Origin: a bacterium
Lineage (GTDB): Bacteria; UBA8248
NCBI GenBank assembly: GCA_965199855.1
Contig: OZ241326.1
Coordinates: 2,208,001-2,272,000 of the forward strand
DNA length: 64,000 nt
Direction: 5' to 3'
Both the position numbers and the translations under genes were made by a program. The number at the start of each line of letters is the position of its first letter. The first letter of the stretch is position 1. Of the stretch, positions 24,992 through 39,100 are shown in pieces. Under the pieces are notes generated by a model, which saw nothing but the letters and a program-made list of their open reading frames with translations, made no database searches and was not told the origin of the DNA.

Positions 24992-25252
24992 CTACTCCTC
25001 CGGCGGGCCGCCCCTTCGGGCGAACTTCTCCGCGCAGGCGCCGCTGCAGAAGGCGCGCCTGCCGCCGCCCGCCCGTCTGGAGACGCCCATGCGGGAGGGG
25101 AAGAAGGTCGCGCATTCGGGGCAGTTCAGCATTTCGTCGTCCACGTCCTCCCCCGCTTCGGGGGCGACCGCGCTCCCCGCGCCGGCGAACAGGCCGCGGA
25201 CGAGGCGGTAAATCCCCCAGGCCACCGCCATATAGAGCAGAAGTCGAAGCAT
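24992..25252 (-). CDS. Small membrane-anchored TRASH/YHS-like metal-binding protein
   Basis: N-terminal TM helix, CPEC...FCSGAC. Confidence 0.75.
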   Translation of the reverse strand: MLRLLLYMAVAWGIYRLVRGLFAGAGSAVAPEAGEDVDDEMLNCPECATFFPSRMGVSRRAGGGRRAFCSGACAEKFARRGGPPEE

Positions 25253-25382
25253 GGGCCTCAGCCTCGCCGCTTCTTCCGGGAACGGGGAGATTTCATCGCG
25301 CGTCCCGGCGTCCTCGGGCGGGCGGGGCCGCTCCGCGCGCGCTCCCTGAAAGGCGTTCGCCCCGGAAACTCCGGAAACCCTC

Positions 25383-25828
25383 TCATCGATACGTCTTTCC
25401 GCGATGGCGTATCCAGCCGCCCGCGCGCCCGCCCCTCGGGTCCCGGTGCGTCCAGTGGAGAACCCCGCCCTTGCGGTTCCACTCGTAGAGACCGCGCATC
25501 ACCACCTCGCTGCCCGCTTCCACCGGAACGCGGGGCGCCAGGTCGATGTTGTGCGCGGCGAGCAGGGTATGTCCGTCGGCAAGGCGCACGATGAAGCGCT
25601 GGTGCCGCCTCCCCCGGAGGTCGTCCTTCAAGATTCTGACGACCTCCCCGCGCGCGGTGAGCCAGACGCGCGAGCGGCGCGCCTCGAAGAGCGCGCGGGC
25701 GCGGGAGACTTCGCGCGCGGCGGGCGCGGCGGGAGGCTCGGCCGCCCGGGCGGGGTGAAGCGCGGCCGCCGACGCGAGAGCGAAGAGCAGGAGGCGCGCG
25801 GCGAGGCGGCCGGGGCTCGGAGGCGCCC

Positions 25829-25832
<4 letters not shown>
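25383..25832 (-). CDS. DUF3465-like secreted protein
   Basis: Signal peptide; [44 protein letters not shown]. Confidence 0.85.
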
Positions 25833-29080
<3,248 letters not shown>

Positions 29081-29186
29081 GGGCTACCTCCCCCCGGCCG
29101 GAGAGGACGCGGAAGCCTCCCCGCCCGGAAGAGGCCTTCCCCGCCCCGGCTTCGTCGAACCCGCGCGCGTCCGCCCGCCCACGGGC

Positions 29187-30278
29187 TCACTCCCCCACGC
29201 AGAAGCTGAAGAATTCGTCGAACAGCGCGCCCGCGTCATGCGGGCCGGGGCGGGCCTCGGGGTGATACTGCACGCTGAAGACTTTGGGGGCGTCCGAGCG
29301 AAGCCCCTCGCAGGTTCCGTCGTTCAGGGAGGAATGCGTGACGGCGACGCCCGCCGGCAGGCTTTCGGGGTCCACGGCGAAGGAGTGGTTCTGGGAGGTG
29401 ATGGCCACCTTCCGCGTGGCCGCGTCCCGGACGGGGTGGTTCGCCCCGTGGTGGCCGAACTTGAGCTTGTAGGTTCTGCCGCCCAGCGCCCGGGCGAGGA
29501 TTTGATGCCCCAGGCAGATGCCCACGACGGGAACCCGGCCGATGATGCGCCGCGCGCTCTCGACGACGTAGCCGAGGGCGGCGGGGTCTCCCGGGCCGTT
29601 CGAGAGGAAAACGGCCGCGGGCCTCCTCGCCAGGACGCTGTCCGCCTCCTCGGAGGCCGGCACGACCTCCAGGTCGAACCTTCGGCTGAGCTCCCGGAAG
29701 ATGTTGTCCTTCGCGCCCAGGTCGTAGGCCACGCAGAGCGGGCGGCCCCTTCTCTCGCCGTAGGCGCGCGCGGCGGCGCAGGTCACGTCCTTCACCAGGT
29801 CGCGCCCGTCCAGCCCGGGGCTCTCCCTGGCGCGCCTGACGAGGCCGTCCTCGTCCGGCTCCCGCGTGGAGAGCGCGGCGCGCAGGGCGCCCGCCTCCCG
29901 GATGTGGCGCGTGAGCGCGCGGGTGTCCACGCCCTCGATGCCGGGGACGCCCTCCCTCTTCAGGTAGGCGTCCAGGCTCTCGCTCGCCCGGAAGTTGCTG
30001 TGCCGCCGGCAGACCTCCTTCACGATGAACGCCTCGACCCAGACGCGGCGGGATTCCCCGTCGCCCGGAATGACGCCGTAGTTCCCGACGTGGGGATAGG
30101 TCATCACCACCATCTGGCCGCGGTAGGAGGGATCGGTGAGCGTCTCCTGATAGCCCGTCATCGCCGTGTTGAAGACGAGCTCGCCCTCGGCGTCCGCCTC
30201 CGCCCCGAAGCCCGCGCCCCGGAAGACCCTGCCGTCCTCCAGCGCCAGGAGCGCCGGCCTGGCTTTTCGCCCCCTCAT
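29187..30278 (-). CDS. carA: Carbamoyl-phosphate synthase small subunit
   Basis: FNTAMTGYQE, LSNGPGDP, GICLGHQ, QYHPEARPGPHD. Confidence 0.97.
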   Translation of the reverse strand: MRGRKARPALLALEDGRVFRGAGFGAEADAEGELVFNTAMTGYQETLTDPSYRGQMVVMTYPHVGNYGVIPGDGESRRVWVEAFIVKEVCRRHSNFRASESLDAYLKREGVPGIEGVDTRALTRHIREAGALRAALSTREPDEDGLVRRARESPGLDGRDLVKDVTCAAARAYGERRGRPLCVAYDLGAKDNIFRELSRRFDLEVVPASEEADSVLARRPAAVFLSNGPGDPAALGYVVESARRIIGRVPVVGICLGHQILARALGGRTYKLKFGHHGANHPVRDAATRKVAITSQNHSFAVDPESLPAGVAVTHSSLNDGTCEGLRSDAPKVFSVQYHPEARPGPHDAGALFDEFFSFCVGE

Positions 30279-31597
30279 GGCGCGAGCGCCCCCCGCGCGG
30301 AGATTCGGAGCTCCCCGTCGAGCCGGCTCATCCGCACCTCTCCGCCGACGACGGCGGCCGCGGCGCAGCCCCTGAGCCTCCAGCCCGCGAAGGGCGTGTT
30401 CCTGCCGCGGCTCTCGAAGGCGTCCGGCTCCACGACCACCTCGCGCGCGGGGTCGAGCAGGGTCGCGTCCCCGGGCGCGCCCTCCCGCAGGGTGCCGTAG
30501 GGCAGGCCCAGCGCCTCGCAGGGCCCGGTGGTGAACTTCGCTATCATCTCGGCGAGGGTGAGCGCGCCCGCGCCCACCAGCCTGTCCAGGGCGAGGGAGA
30601 CGGCCGTCTCCAGCCCCACGACGCCGAACGGCACGGCGTCGAACTCCCGCTGGGTCTCCGCCTCGTAGTGCGGGGCGTGGTCGGAGGCGATGACGGAGAT
30701 GGTCCCGTCCTTCAGGCCCTCCAGGAGCGCGCGCCTGTCCTCCTCGCCGCGGAGCGGAGGCGCCATCTTCGCGGAGGAGTCGAACCCGCGCGTCGCCTCG
30801 TCCGTGAGGGAGAAGTGGTGCGGCGTCGCCTCGCCCGTCACCCGGAGGCCGCGCGCCCGCGCCCGGCGAACCATGTCCACCGCGCCGGCGGAGGAGAGAT
30901 GCAGGAGGTGGAGCTTGCCCCCCGTCAGCTCCGCCAGCCGGATGTCCCGATAGACGCAGATGTCCTCGCTCGCCGCCGGGTTTCCGGCCAGGCCGAGCAT
31001 GGTGGACACCGCGCCCTCGTTCATCACCCGGCCGGCCGAAAGCGAGGCGTCCTCCGCGTGGTCGAGCACGCTCACCCCCAGCATTCCGGCGTATTCGAGC
31101 GCGGAGCGCATGAGCGCGGCCGTCCGCACCGGCACGCCGTCGTCGCTGAAGGCCACCGCGCCGGCCTCCACCTGCTCGGCCATCTCGCTCAGCGCCTCTC
31201 CCTCCAGCCCCACCGAAACCGAGCCGACGGGAAACACGCGGCACGCCCCCACCTCGCGCGCGCGCTTGAGGATGCGCTCGGTGATCGAACTCGTGTCGTT
31301 CACCGGGTCGGTGTTCGCCATGCACGCCACGCCGGTGAAGCCGCCGGCGGCCGCGGCGCGGGTGCCGCTTTCGATGTCCTCCTTGTATTCCTGCCCCGGC
31401 TCGCGGAAGTGGACGTGCATGTCGATGAAGCCGGGCGCCACGACGAGGCCCGCGGCGTCGAGCACCTCGTCCCCCTCGCGCGGGGCGATGCTCCTCTCCC
31501 TGCGCGCGACCCTGCCCTCCTCTATCAGGAGGTCGCTCTCCTCATCGACACCCTGGGAGGGATCGACGACGCGCCCGCCCTTAATGAGCAACGGCAT
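30275..31597 (-). CDS. pyrC: Dihydroorotase
   Basis: DMHVHFREPG, AAAGGFT, EATPHHF, KMAPPLR, ASDHAPH. Confidence 0.96.
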   Translation of the reverse strand: MPLLIKGGRVVDPSQGVDEESDLLIEEGRVARRERSIAPREGDEVLDAAGLVVAPGFIDMHVHFREPGQEYKEDIESGTRAAAAGGFTGVACMANTDPVNDTSSITERILKRAREVGACRVFPVGSVSVGLEGEALSEMAEQVEAGAVAFSDDGVPVRTAALMRSALEYAGMLGVSVLDHAEDASLSAGRVMNEGAVSTMLGLAGNPAASEDICVYRDIRLAELTGGKLHLLHLSSAGAVDMVRRARARGLRVTGEATPHHFSLTDEATRGFDSSAKMAPPLRGEEDRRALLEGLKDGTISVIASDHAPHYEAETQREFDAVPFGVVGLETAVSLALDRLVGAGALTLAEMIAKFTTGPCEALGLPYGTLREGAPGDATLLDPAREVVVEPDAFESRGRNTPFAGWRLRGCAAAAVVGGEVRMSRLDGELRISARGALAP

Positions 31598-32600
31598 CCC
31601 GCGCCCCCCTTCGCGCCCTCTCCGGGGCGGCGTCCGCCTCCCCATCCGGCTCCGCCTCCTCCCGCTCCTCCTCCCTCCTGCCCGAGAGGAGATAGAGAAT
31701 CGCCATGCGGCAGGCGACCCCGTATTCGACCTGCTCCAGAATGACGGAGAAGGGGCCGTCGGCCACGTCGGGAGCCATCTCCACCCCCCGGTTGATCGGC
31801 CCCGGGTGCATGATGAGCAGGTCCCGCCCGGCGTCCCGCAGCTTCTTCCTGGTGATCCCGTAGGAGCTGGCGTATTCGCGCTCGCTGGGAAAGGCGCCGC
31901 CGGCACCCCTCTCCAGCTGGATTCTGAGGGCGATGAGGACGTCCGCCCCGTCAATCGCCTCGTCGATCCGCGTCGTCGCGCGCGCGCCCAGGCATTCGAC
32001 CTCGGCCGGCAGCATCGTGGAGGGGCCGCAGAAGGTGACCTCGGCGCCGAGCTTCAGGAGGCCGGCCGCGTTCGAGCGCGCCACGCGGCTGCGCGCGATG
32101 TCTCCCACGATGGAGACGCGGAGCCCCTCGAACTTCTCCTTGTGCGCCCGGATGGTGTAGAGGTCGAGGAGCGCCTGGGTGGGATGCTCGTGGCAGCCGT
32201 CGCCCGCGTTCACGACGGCGCACCCGAGTTCGCGGCCCAGATAGGCGGGCGCGCCGGACGCCCAATGCCGCACGACGAGGACGTCCGTGGCCATCGCCTC
32301 GATGTTTCTCGCCGTGTCCCGCAGGGTCTCCCCCTTGCTCGCCGAGCTCGCGGCGACGGAGAGGTTGATGACGTCCGCCGAGAGGCGCTTGCCGGCGATC
32401 TCGAAGGAGGCGCGCGTCCTCGTGCTGTTCTCGAAGAACAGGTTGACGATCGTCTTGCCCCGCAGGGTGGGAACCTTCTTGACGGCGCGCTCGTTGATCT
32501 CGCGGAAGGAATCCGTCTGGTCGAGGAGAAACAATATCTCCCCGGGCTCGAGCTCCCGAATCGAGAGCAGATCCTTTCTCCGGTACGGCTCCGTTTTCAT
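31581..32600 (-). CDS. pyrB: Aspartate carbamoyltransferase
   Basis: FFENSTRTRASF, HEHPTQALLD, MHPGPINRGVE. Confidence 0.97.
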   Translation of the reverse strand: MKTEPYRRKDLLSIRELEPGEILFLLDQTDSFREINERAVKKVPTLRGKTIVNLFFENSTRTRASFEIAGKRLSADVINLSVAASSASKGETLRDTARNIEAMATDVLVVRHWASGAPAYLGRELGCAVVNAGDGCHEHPTQALLDLYTIRAHKEKFEGLRVSIVGDIARSRVARSNAAGLLKLGAEVTFCGPSTMLPAEVECLGARATTRIDEAIDGADVLIALRIQLERGAGGAFPSEREYASSYGITRKKLRDAGRDLLIMHPGPINRGVEMAPDVADGPFSVILEQVEYGVACRMAILYLLSGRREEEREEAEPDGEADAAPERARRGARDAVAH

Positions 32601-32622
32601 GGCGTCTCCCCCGCGGGCGTTT

Positions 32623-33159
32623 TCATTCCGGCTGCCGGAATCGCTTGAAGACGGCGTCCTCGCCGTCGGTCTCCTCAAGATGCACCCGCACCTCCTCGCC
32701 CCGCGCCGCCTCGACGTTCCTGCCGACGAAATCGGCGCGAATCGGCAGTTCGCGCCCCCCCCTGTCCACCAGAATCGCGAGCCGCGCCCTGCGGGGCCGG
32801 CCGAAGCTGACCAGCGCCGCCAGGGCGGCGCGCGCCGTCCGCCCCGTGCAGAGCACGTCGTCGACGAGAATCACGTCCTTCCCCTCGCAGGAGAAGGGAA
32901 GCTCCGTCTTCTTGAGCTTCGTCCGCGCGCCGCCGCCCCGGTTCAGGTCGTCCCGATAGAGGGTGACGTCGAGCGCGCCCACCGGCGGGCGCGAACCCGC
33001 CAGCGCGCGCAGCTCCCCGGCCAGCCTCTCGGCGAGCGGCGCGCCCCTCGTGCGGATGCCGATGAGCGCGAGCGCCGGCAGCTCCGCCGTCTGCTCGAGA
33101 ATCTCGTGCGCGAGGCGCCTCAGCGTCCGCCTCAGCTGCCCGCCGTCGAGCTGCTTCAT
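32623..33159 (-). CDS. pyrR: Pyrimidine operon attenuator protein / UPRTase
   Basis: GIRTRG, LDVTLYRDDL, LVDDVLCTGRT, DRGGRELPIRADFVG. Confidence 0.95.
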   Translation of the reverse strand: MKQLDGGQLRRTLRRLAHEILEQTAELPALALIGIRTRGAPLAERLAGELRALAGSRPPVGALDVTLYRDDLNRGGGARTKLKKTELPFSCEGKDVILVDDVLCTGRTARAALAALVSFGRPRRARLAILVDRGGRELPIRADFVGRNVEAARGEEVRVHLEETDGEDAVFKRFRQPE

Positions 33160-33197
33160 CTTCGGGGCGAAGGCCGCCGGCCTGCCGGCCGCGCGCG

Positions 33198-33231
33198 AAA
33201 AAAAACGCCACGCCCCGGGGGGCATGGCGTT
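33198..33231 (-). terminator. Attenuator terminator of the pyr leader
   Basis: Minus strand AACGCCATGCCCCCGGGGCGTGGCGTT followed by a T-run. Confidence 0.85.
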
Positions 33232-33271
33232 CGGACGATGAGCGAAAAGACACCGGGCATCCGCGCTTCCT

Positions 33272-33303
33272 CCTTCGCCGCCTCACGGGACGGCATTAAA
33301 GGG
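33272..33303 (-). ncRNA. PyrR-binding RNA loop
   Basis: Minus strand CCTTTAATGCCGTCCCGTGAGGCGGCGAAGG resembles the PyrR site consensus (UUUAA...RUCCnGnGAGGY) upstream of pyrR. Confidence 0.85.
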
Positions 33304-33355
33304 GAATCCCACGCTGTTCTCGTTCGGCGGCGGGCGCGCCGAGACTATTTGGCCG

Positions 33356-33384
33356 AACCTAGCAGTATTCTCCGCCGGGGGCAA
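33356..33384 (-). promoter_or_regulatory. Putative sigma70 promoter of the pyr operon
   Basis: TTGCCC-N17-TAGGTT with extended -10 TG. Confidence 0.55.
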
Positions 33385-33394
33385 GCGGAATTCC

Positions 33395-33709
33395 TTACGC
33401 GCGCTTCAGAAAATCCATCGCCTCGCCCGAAGCCTCCCCGCGCGCGTCCGCCGGGGGGGCGGATTCCTCCAGAATCTCGAACAGGGCGGCGGCTTCTTTC
33501 TTCGACATCCGGCGTCCGGCCTCGCCCAGCACCCGAACGCGCAGCGTCCTGCTTTCGAGCCGCACCCTCAGCACGTCCCCGACCTCGACCCGCGAGGAGG
33601 CTTTCGCCGCCCTTCCGTCGATGAGAACGGCGCCCTCATCCACGAGGCTCCTGGCCGCCGAGCGCCGCTTCACCAGGCGGCTGTCGCGCAAAAAGCGATC
33701 CAGGCGCAT
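33395..33709 (-). CDS. S4-domain RNA-binding protein (YabO/Hsp15-like)
   Basis: MRLDRFL..SRLVKRRS.A...KASSRVEVGD. Confidence 0.9.
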   Translation of the reverse strand: MRLDRFLRDSRLVKRRSAARSLVDEGAVLIDGRAAKASSRVEVGDVLRVRLESRTLRVRVLGEAGRRMSKKEAAALFEILEESAPPADARGEASGEAMDFLKRA

Positions 33710-33718
33710 CGCGCGCCG

Positions 33719-35197
33719 TCACCGGGAGATTGCTTTCGGGTCCGCCGAGATGCTGCGCGTCCTCTCCACCTCCGCCTCGAACTCGAACCGCGCGGAGCCG
33801 GTGTCCGTGCCGAACGCGAGATTCCTCTTTCCCTCGCCGTCGGCCCGCAGCGAGAACGCTTTGATGACGTCCGCGAAGCTTATCTTCCCCATATACGTGT
33901 TCGGCAGCAGGTAGCTGTGCCGGAACAGGTAGAGATTCGCGGCGGGGCTGGGGTTGACGAACAGCCGGTGCTTCGCGCCCAGCGCGTCGATGGCGTCCTT
34001 GTCCAGGCTGAGGGCGCGGCCCACGGTCAGCCTGTCGGACCGCCAGCGCGGGCTTTTCCGGTTCGAGCCATACGCCCAGAAAATCCTGCCCTGACCGAGA
34101 AGGGCCCCGCCCTTCGCCTCGGCGAGGGTGATTCCGACCAGACGGAAGGATATCTGCTCGCGCACGTCCCGGAAAAGGGAGGCGAGCCCGCCGCTCGCCG
34201 CGCCGGGGTCGTAGTTGATTTCCAGAAAGGCGCCCCGCCTGAGATCCGCCACCCACTCGCGGCGGCGCTTCGTGAATTTCTCGCCGAAAATCTTGCCGCG
34301 GATTTCGCCCGCCACGCGATCCAGGGTGACCGGCCGCCCCGGATTCACCTTCTCGACGCGGATGACGTGATAGCCGACCCTCGTTCTCGTGGGCCGGCTC
34401 GTCCCGCCCTCCTCCGTCGAGAAGACGAGCTGCTCCAGTTCCGGGAAAACCTCGCCCTTCTTCAGGGCGCCCAGCAGCCCGCCCCGGCTCGCGGCGGGGC
34501 CCTCGGAGGCCTTCCGCGCCACTTCGGCGAAATCCGCGCCGGGCGCGGCGGCCCGCTCGTAGGCGCGCTGCGCCTTCGCGCGCTGCGCCTCCGCGTCGGC
34601 GGCGGAGGCCCCCTCGGCGAGAGGAAAGAAAATCTGGCGCGCCACCCGGGTCTCGCCCTCGCGGTAGTCCTCCGAATGGGCGGCGTAGTAGTCCGCGACT
34701 TCCTGCTCGCCCACGGAGACGCGCGAGCCGACCTCCATGCGCTCCACCTTGCGCGCCAGCATCCTCCTGCGCATCTCCTCGCGGTATTTCTCGAACGACG
34801 TCCCCCGCGTCGAGAGGTAGCGGCGCAGCTGGGCGGTCGTCATCTTGTTCTTGCGGAGCATGTCCGCGATGGCGCTCTCGAGCTCCTTCTCATCGACCTC
34901 CGCGCGGATGGCGGCGGCGCGCGCCAGGATGAGCTTGTTCTCCACCATGGCGTCGAGCGCCCGGAGCTCCAGTTCGCGGACGCGGCGGTTCAGCTCCTCT
35001 CCCTTGTAGGCTTTCTTCAGCTTGTCGGCGTTCGGCTTGACCAGATCCTGAAGCTCGGACAGCGTGATGATCTCGTCGTTCACCTTGGCGATGATCCTCT
35101 CGATCGTCACCAGCGCCGGCATCGCCGGCGCTGGCGCTCCCGCGAGAGCGCACATCGCCATCCCCAGAATCCGGAGCCGCCTAGCCCGATGCGCCAT
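33719..35197 (-). CDS. SurA-like parvulin PPIase with an extra C-terminal domain
   Basis: ERIIAKVNDEIITLSEL, FAEVARKASEG...GGLLG, GYHVIRV; about 160-aa additional tail. Confidence 0.88.
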   Translation of the reverse strand: MAHRARRLRILGMAMCALAGAPAPAMPALVTIERIIAKVNDEIITLSELQDLVKPNADKLKKAYKGEELNRRVRELELRALDAMVENKLILARAAAIRAEVDEKELESAIADMLRKNKMTTAQLRRYLSTRGTSFEKYREEMRRRMLARKVERMEVGSRVSVGEQEVADYYAAHSEDYREGETRVARQIFFPLAEGASAADAEAQRAKAQRAYERAAAPGADFAEVARKASEGPAASRGGLLGALKKGEVFPELEQLVFSTEEGGTSRPTRTRVGYHVIRVEKVNPGRPVTLDRVAGEIRGKIFGEKFTKRRREWVADLRRGAFLEINYDPGAASGGLASLFRDVREQISFRLVGITLAEAKGGALLGQGRIFWAYGSNRKSPRWRSDRLTVGRALSLDKDAIDALGAKHRLFVNPSPAANLYLFRHSYLLPNTYMGKISFADVIKAFSLRADGEGKRNLAFGTDTGSARFEFEAEVERTRSISADPKAISR

Positions 35198-36167
35198 TTT
35201 CGAGATTTTCCCAATGATATTGAACGTTCGCGCTTCGCCTCAGTTTCCCGATCCAGTCCTTGAGCCTCTCCCTGCCCTTCTCGGCCAGCAGCCGCTTCCG
35301 GATATCCTCGCGCGCGGACGCCAGCGTCCGCAAGCTCGGCAGCCTTCTCTCCGAAACCTCCAGCAGGTGGAAGCCCAGGGGACTCTTGAATACCCGGCTC
35401 GTCCCGCCCTGCTTCAGGGACTTCACCACGCTTTCGATGTTCTCGGGCAACTCCCCTCTCTCAAAATACCCCAAATCGCCGCCCGCGTCACGCCCGGGGC
35501 CGCGGGAATGCCTTCGCGCGAGAGAGGCGAACGACTCGCCATCCAGAATCCGCTTCCTCAATTCGGAAGCCACCTTGCGCGAGCCGACGATGATCTGGCG
35601 GATCCGCCAGCGCCGCCCGACCCGGAATTCCTCCCTGTTCCGCTCGTAGTAGGCCGCTATCTCGGCCTCGGAGACGCTCAGGCCGGAATACACCTCTCTC
35701 TCCAGGAGCTGCTCGATCTCCAGCGTCTCGCGCATGGCCCTGAGCCACCGCTCCCTGTCGATTCCCTCCTCCTTCATCACCGCGTCCAGGTTCCGGCCGC
35801 CATACTGGCGGCGAACGAACTCGACGAAGCGCTCCACTTTGCCCTCGCTCACGTATTCGCCCGTCTCCCGGAAGCGCTGAAGCAGAAGGCGCTTCTCCAC
35901 GAGCTGCTCCACCGGGACCCTGGCGGCGGAGCCTCCGGCCGCGCCCGCGCGCCCGCCCCGCGCCATCAGGTGCGCGCGCACGTCCGCCCTGGTGATCGGC
36001 TCGCCGTTCACCTCCGCGACCAGCTCGCCCCCGCTCCCCGTCCGAAGCGGGGAGTCGCACCCGGCCAGCGCGAGCGGCGCCGCCAGGCAGAGGCGCGCCG
36101 CCCAGGCGCCGCCGCGCGAAAGCAGGCGCCGCGCGGCGATCCCGCCTTTCGATGACGCGATCCTCAT
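35181..36167 (-). CDS. Parvulin-type peptidylprolyl isomerase (lipoprotein)
   Basis: LAGC lipobox, VAEVNGEPIT, FASLARRHS, GGDLGYF, SPLGFHL. Confidence 0.88.
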   Translation of the reverse strand: MRIASSKGGIAARRLLSRGGAWAARLCLAAPLALAGCDSPLRTGSGGELVAEVNGEPITRADVRAHLMARGGRAGAAGGSAARVPVEQLVEKRLLLQRFRETGEYVSEGKVERFVEFVRRQYGGRNLDAVMKEEGIDRERWLRAMRETLEIEQLLEREVYSGLSVSEAEIAAYYERNREEFRVGRRWRIRQIIVGSRKVASELRKRILDGESFASLARRHSRGPGRDAGGDLGYFERGELPENIESVVKSLKQGGTSRVFKSPLGFHLLEVSERRLPSLRTLASAREDIRKRLLAEKGRERLKDWIGKLRRSANVQYHWENLENGASG

Positions 36168-39100
36168 GCCTCCTCCGCCGCCAATTCCTCCCCGGAGACC
36201 CTGCGCATCTCCAAAGCATCCATGACCTGGACGAGAAAGTCAAAATCCTCCGCCCAGCGCCCCCGGACGCCCGCGCGGAAGGCGCGCGCGTCGATGGGCT
36301 CCACCCCCGGCGCGTCCAGGAAGGCGGCCGCCAGCTCGTAGTCTCCCGGAAAAACCTCGAAGCGCGCCTCCTTCCCGCGCACGTGGATCGCCTTGATTCC
36401 GCAAAGGCGGGCGCGCAGGCGGATTTCCCCCAGCTGCAGGAGGTGGAGGGCGCGCGCGGGCAGCTCGCCGAACTTGTCCCGCAGCTCGACCGCCAGCTCC
36501 CGCAGCTCGCCCGGCGCTCGCGCGGACGCGATTCTCCGATAGACCTCCAGGCGCTCGGCCCGCGCCGGAATCCACGAGGAAGGCAGCGCGCCCGCCACCG
36601 GCGCGACGACGTCGGGCTCGAGGCGCTCGACGGCCTCGCCCTTCGTCTCCTGAACGACCTCCTCCAGCAGCCGGCAATACATGTCGAACCCCACGGCCGA
36701 GATTTGCCCCGACTGCCGATGCCCCAGCAGATGCCCGGCGCCGCGAATCTCCAGATCGCGCATGGCGAGCCTGAAGCCGCCCCCCAGCTCGCTCAGCTCC
36801 TCGAGCGCGCGCAGCCGCTCCTTCGCCCGCCTCGTCAGGGATTCCGCCGCCGAGACCAGCAGATAGGCGTGCGCCTGGAACCTGTCGCGCCCCACCCGGC
36901 CGCGCAGCTGGTAGAGCTGCGCCATGCCGAAGGTGTCCGCCCGGTTGATCATGATGGTGTTCACCGAGGGAATGTCGAGGCCGCTCTCGATGATCGTCGT
37001 GCAGAGCAGGACGTCGGCCCGGCGGGTGACGAACCGCTCCATCACCTCCTCGAGCTCCTTTTCCTTCATCTGTCCGTGCCCCACCAGAATGCGCGCGTCC
37101 GGCAGAAGCCTCGCCAGAAGCCTGCGCATGGCGGGCAGGCTGGTCACCCGGTTGTGCACGAAAAACGCCTGGCCGCCGCGGTCGATCTCCTTCGTGATGG
37201 CCTCCCGTATCAGCTTCTCGCTGAAGCGCGAGATGTAGGTGCGCGGCGCGACCCTGTGGAGCGGGGGCGTTTCGATGACGCTCAGGTCCCGCGCGCCGGA
37301 AAGCGCCATCTGCATGGTTCGGGGAATGGGCGTCGCGGTCAGGGTGAGAACGTCCACGGCCACGCGGAGCTTCTTGAGCTTCTCCTTGTGGGAGACGCCG
37401 AAGCGGTGCTCCTCGTCGACGATCAGCAGCCCCAGGTCGCGGAACGCCACGTCCTTCTGCAGGAGGCGGTGGGTGCCGATGACGATGTCCACGCTTCCAT
37501 GGGCGAGGCCCTCCGCCACCTCCTTCTGCTCCTTCCGGCTCCGGAAGCGCGAGAGCGTCTCCACGCGGACGGGCAGCGGCTCGAAGCGCTTCCCGAAGGT
37601 TTCGCGGTGCTGATGCGCCAGCAGCGTCGTCGGCACGACGACGGCGACCTGCTTGCCCGCCGAAACCGCCCGGGCGGCGGCGCGGAGCGCCACCTCCGTC
37701 TTCCCGTAGCCCACGTCCCCGCAAACGAGGCGATCCATCGGCCGGGCGCGCTCCATGTCCTCGAGCACGTCGCGAATCGCCTGATCCTGATCCGGCGTCT
37801 CCTCGAACTCGAAGCCGGCGGATATTTCCCGGTCGAACGCCCCCTCCCCCGAAAAGGCGTGCCCCCGGGCGGCGCTTCGCTCGGAGTAGAGGCGCACCAG
37901 GTCGCGCGCGATGCCCCGGAGCGACTTCTTGACGCTGTTCTTCGTCCTGCCCCAGCGGGTTCCCCCCAGCCTGTCCAGAGGCGGAGCGGCGCCCGCCCCG
38001 TGATACTTGTGGATGCGCTCCACGTCGTCCATCGGCACGTAGAGCCTGTCGCCGCCCGCGTATTGCAGGGTGAGAAACTCATCCTCCCCGTCCCGGTGCT
38101 CGATCACGCGCGTGCCCACGTAGCGCCCCACGCCGTGCTCCGCGTGCACCACCAGGTCGTTCTCGCTCAAGTCCCTGAAGCCCTCGCCGGGCCTCAAGCG
38201 GGGCGCGCTGCGGGCGCTCCCCCCCGGGGCGCCGGCCAGCAAATCCTCCGCGCGGAAGAACACCCTCCCCTCGTCGGGCAGCCGGAAGCTGGCGCCGAGC
38301 CTGCCCTCGACCAGGGCGGCGTCGCGGCGCTCGTCCAGCAGCGGGGCGCCCCTGGGCAGAATCTCCACGCCCAGCTCGTGTTCGCGCAGGAGCGTCCGGA
38401 CTCTCAGGGCGAGGGTCTTCTCCCCGGCCGCGATGACGACGCTTTCGTCCCGCTCGCGCCACGCGCGCAACTGCCGGACGAACGCCTCCACGCGCCCCCG
38501 GAAGGGATTGATGATTTCCGCGGAAAAAGTCTCGCCCGCCTCCGGCGCCTCCTCCCCGCCGCCGGAGTCCAGCCCCAGGGAGTCGAACGCGAGGCGCGGC
38601 CAGATGGAGAGCTCCTCCCGAACCTCCTCCGGCCCGAGCCACAGGAGGCCCGGCTCGAAGGAGACGAGGCCCCGCTCGGGCGCGAGCCGCAGCTCCTCGT
38701 TCACCTCCTCCCACAGGCGCTCCACCGCCTCGTTCAGGCTTTCCGGCTCGTTCAGAACCCACAGCGCGTCGCCGGGCGCGGCGTCGAACAGCGTGCTCAT
38801 CTCGGCGAGAAACATCGGCGCGAGGCCCTCGATGCCCGAAAAGCGCCCCTCCGCCTCCAGGTGATCGAGGAGGCGCTCTACCCTCGCGCCCGTCCCGGCG
38901 CCGGCGGCCTCCATGAGCGCGCGGCGGCCGTCTTCGAGCTCCTCCGGCGAGAGAACGATCTCCCGGGCGGGGAAAGCCTCGACGCTCCGCCGCGTGTTCA
39001 GGTTGCGCTGCGTCTGGGGATGGAAATCCCGCAGGGAGTCGAGCTCGTCGCCGCGAAACTCCAGGCGCGTCGGCCAGGCGCTCTGGGGGGAGAAGAAATC

